This document shows positions 50,601-51,787 of a DNA stretch of 51,787 nucleotides, piece by piece; the first letter of the stretch is position 1; each line of letters starts with the position of its first letter. The stretch spans positions 444,440-496,226 of the forward strand of contig WELA01003365.1 in the NCBI GenBank assembly GCA_009602735.1, given 5' to 3'. A program made the position numbers and the translations under genes. The stretch comes from Mesotaenium endlicherianum (taxonomy: Eukaryota). The notes beneath the pieces were generated by a model that was not told where the DNA came from, did not search any database, and was given only the letters and a program-made list of their open reading frames with translations.

Positions 50601-51594
50601 GCAGCAGCCTCATGACACTCCTCGCCGTGATCTCATTCACATCTTCTGTCTTCCACTCTTTCCGCTTCTCTCTCCTACATTTGATGTGTGTGCGTGCGTG
50701 TGTGCGTGTGTGCATGTGTCTGTGTGTGTGTGCGTGTGAGTGCGTGCGCACGTCTGTGTGCATGTTCTTTGACAAAACATGCATATCCTGAGTGCGTCTG
50801 TACGCCTTTCTTCTATGCATGCGCATATGGGAGCGCGCTCAATGTGAAAATTGCGATGATGACGAAACCGTATAGCCGCTCAACAGAGGCTTCTACGTCA
50901 GCGTCAACCCGTGCCTGCCTGAGGCGCGCCGCCATCTGGCAGACGTGTGCTCTGACATCGTCTCGCGCTACCCCGTGGACGGCCTCCACCTGGACTACAT
51001 CCGCTTCCCCAACGAGCCGCCCGTGAAAGACGGGCAGCAGTATCCCAGAGACCAGGTAGCTGGCACCCTCCCTCTCCCTTTGGCTGCATTCTTCCTCCTC
51101 CCAAATTCCCTCCCCCCCCCCCTCTCCCTCCCCTCATTTCCCTCAGAGGCATCTCACTTCTCTCAGAGGCATGGAAAGTTCGACCATATTGTAATGCACT
51201 GCCCTCCATTGTACTGCACTGCACCACACCGTCCCTCGCCCTCTCAAACATCCCCTGGTCATGTTGTTTGCATTCCCTTCCTTTATGGACCATATAGTCT
51301 TCATCGTTTGATTATAGATGCTGGCATTCTCCTTGCTCCAGCTGCCTGACACATGTCCTTCTTTGGGGTGCGGCGGGGGCCCCGAGGGGGGGGGTGCAGA
51401 GGACATTGCAGCTGTACCTGGAAGACACTGGGCTGCATCCGGACGACCGGCCGCAGGAGTGGGCCAGGTGGCGCAGCGAGTGTGTCACAGCTCTGCTGCG
51501 CGACATCCGGCGCCGCGCCAAGTCGTGTCGCCCGCAGCTGGTGCTCTCGGCCGCTGTAGGCGTGGAGCGCCAGCAAGCTCTCTCTAAGTTCCAG
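47697..51594 (+). CDS. Glycosyl hydrolase-like 10 family protein (GHL10/DUF187, YddW/DigH-like TIM barrel), 3'-truncated by the window end
   Basis: Exons 47697-47762 (tentative first exon, strong GTAAGT donor), 48306-48425 (GC donor), 48940-49087, 50181-50284 (GC donor), 50876-51055, 51400-51594; all in phase. Motifs VRAVWVTR, GFNTVFFQVRGNG, FDPLQLAVQEAHARHLSLHAWVN, EHPDW, VNPCLPEARRHL, IVSRYPVDGLHLDYIRFP, WRSECVT, LSAAV match GHL10. Confidence 0.88.
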
Positions 51595-51787
51595 GTCAGC
51601 ACACCAGCCAGCTTGCCCTCTTTCTGGGCCCCTGCCCTTGCCCTCCTTGCTCCTAACACCGTCTCTCCTCCGGTGAAGCCCAGGGTTCCCCCCCTCCCCT
51701 TCCCCCCCTCAAAAGAAAATGTGCAATGCATGCTCAAAGAACATCTCCTCCCCCGCCCTTTCTCCCCACCGCCCCCCCCTCCACCCC

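Overview
Gene-dense, intron-rich eukaryotic nuclear DNA. Plant-type proteins, plastid transit peptides and compact intergenic regions point to a streptophyte green alga or early-diverging plant (inference). I assembled exon chains by hand from GT/GC-AG sites, checking that reading-frame phase is consistent across each junction. In order: TVP38/TMEM64-like (-, partial), USE1 SNARE (+), complex I NDUFS5 (+), COPT/Ctr copper transporter (-), MLH1 (+, 16 exons), beta-COP (+), thioredoxin h (+), plastid peptide deformylase PDF1B (-), plastid ribosomal protein S6 (-), and a bacterial-type GHL10 (YddW/DigH-like) glycoside hydrolase (+, runs off the window end). No rRNA, tRNA, CRISPR array or recognisable transposon ORF was found. 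Two observations stand out. First, the GHL10 gene is fully intronised, with two GC-AG introns, and is a candidate for horizontal or endosymbiotic transfer, possibly linked to plastid peptidoglycan. Second, many introns have reversed polarity: C-rich 5' ends and G-rich 3' ends with no polypyrimidine tract. Some have complementary termini that could pair the splice sites, suggesting structure-assisted splicing.
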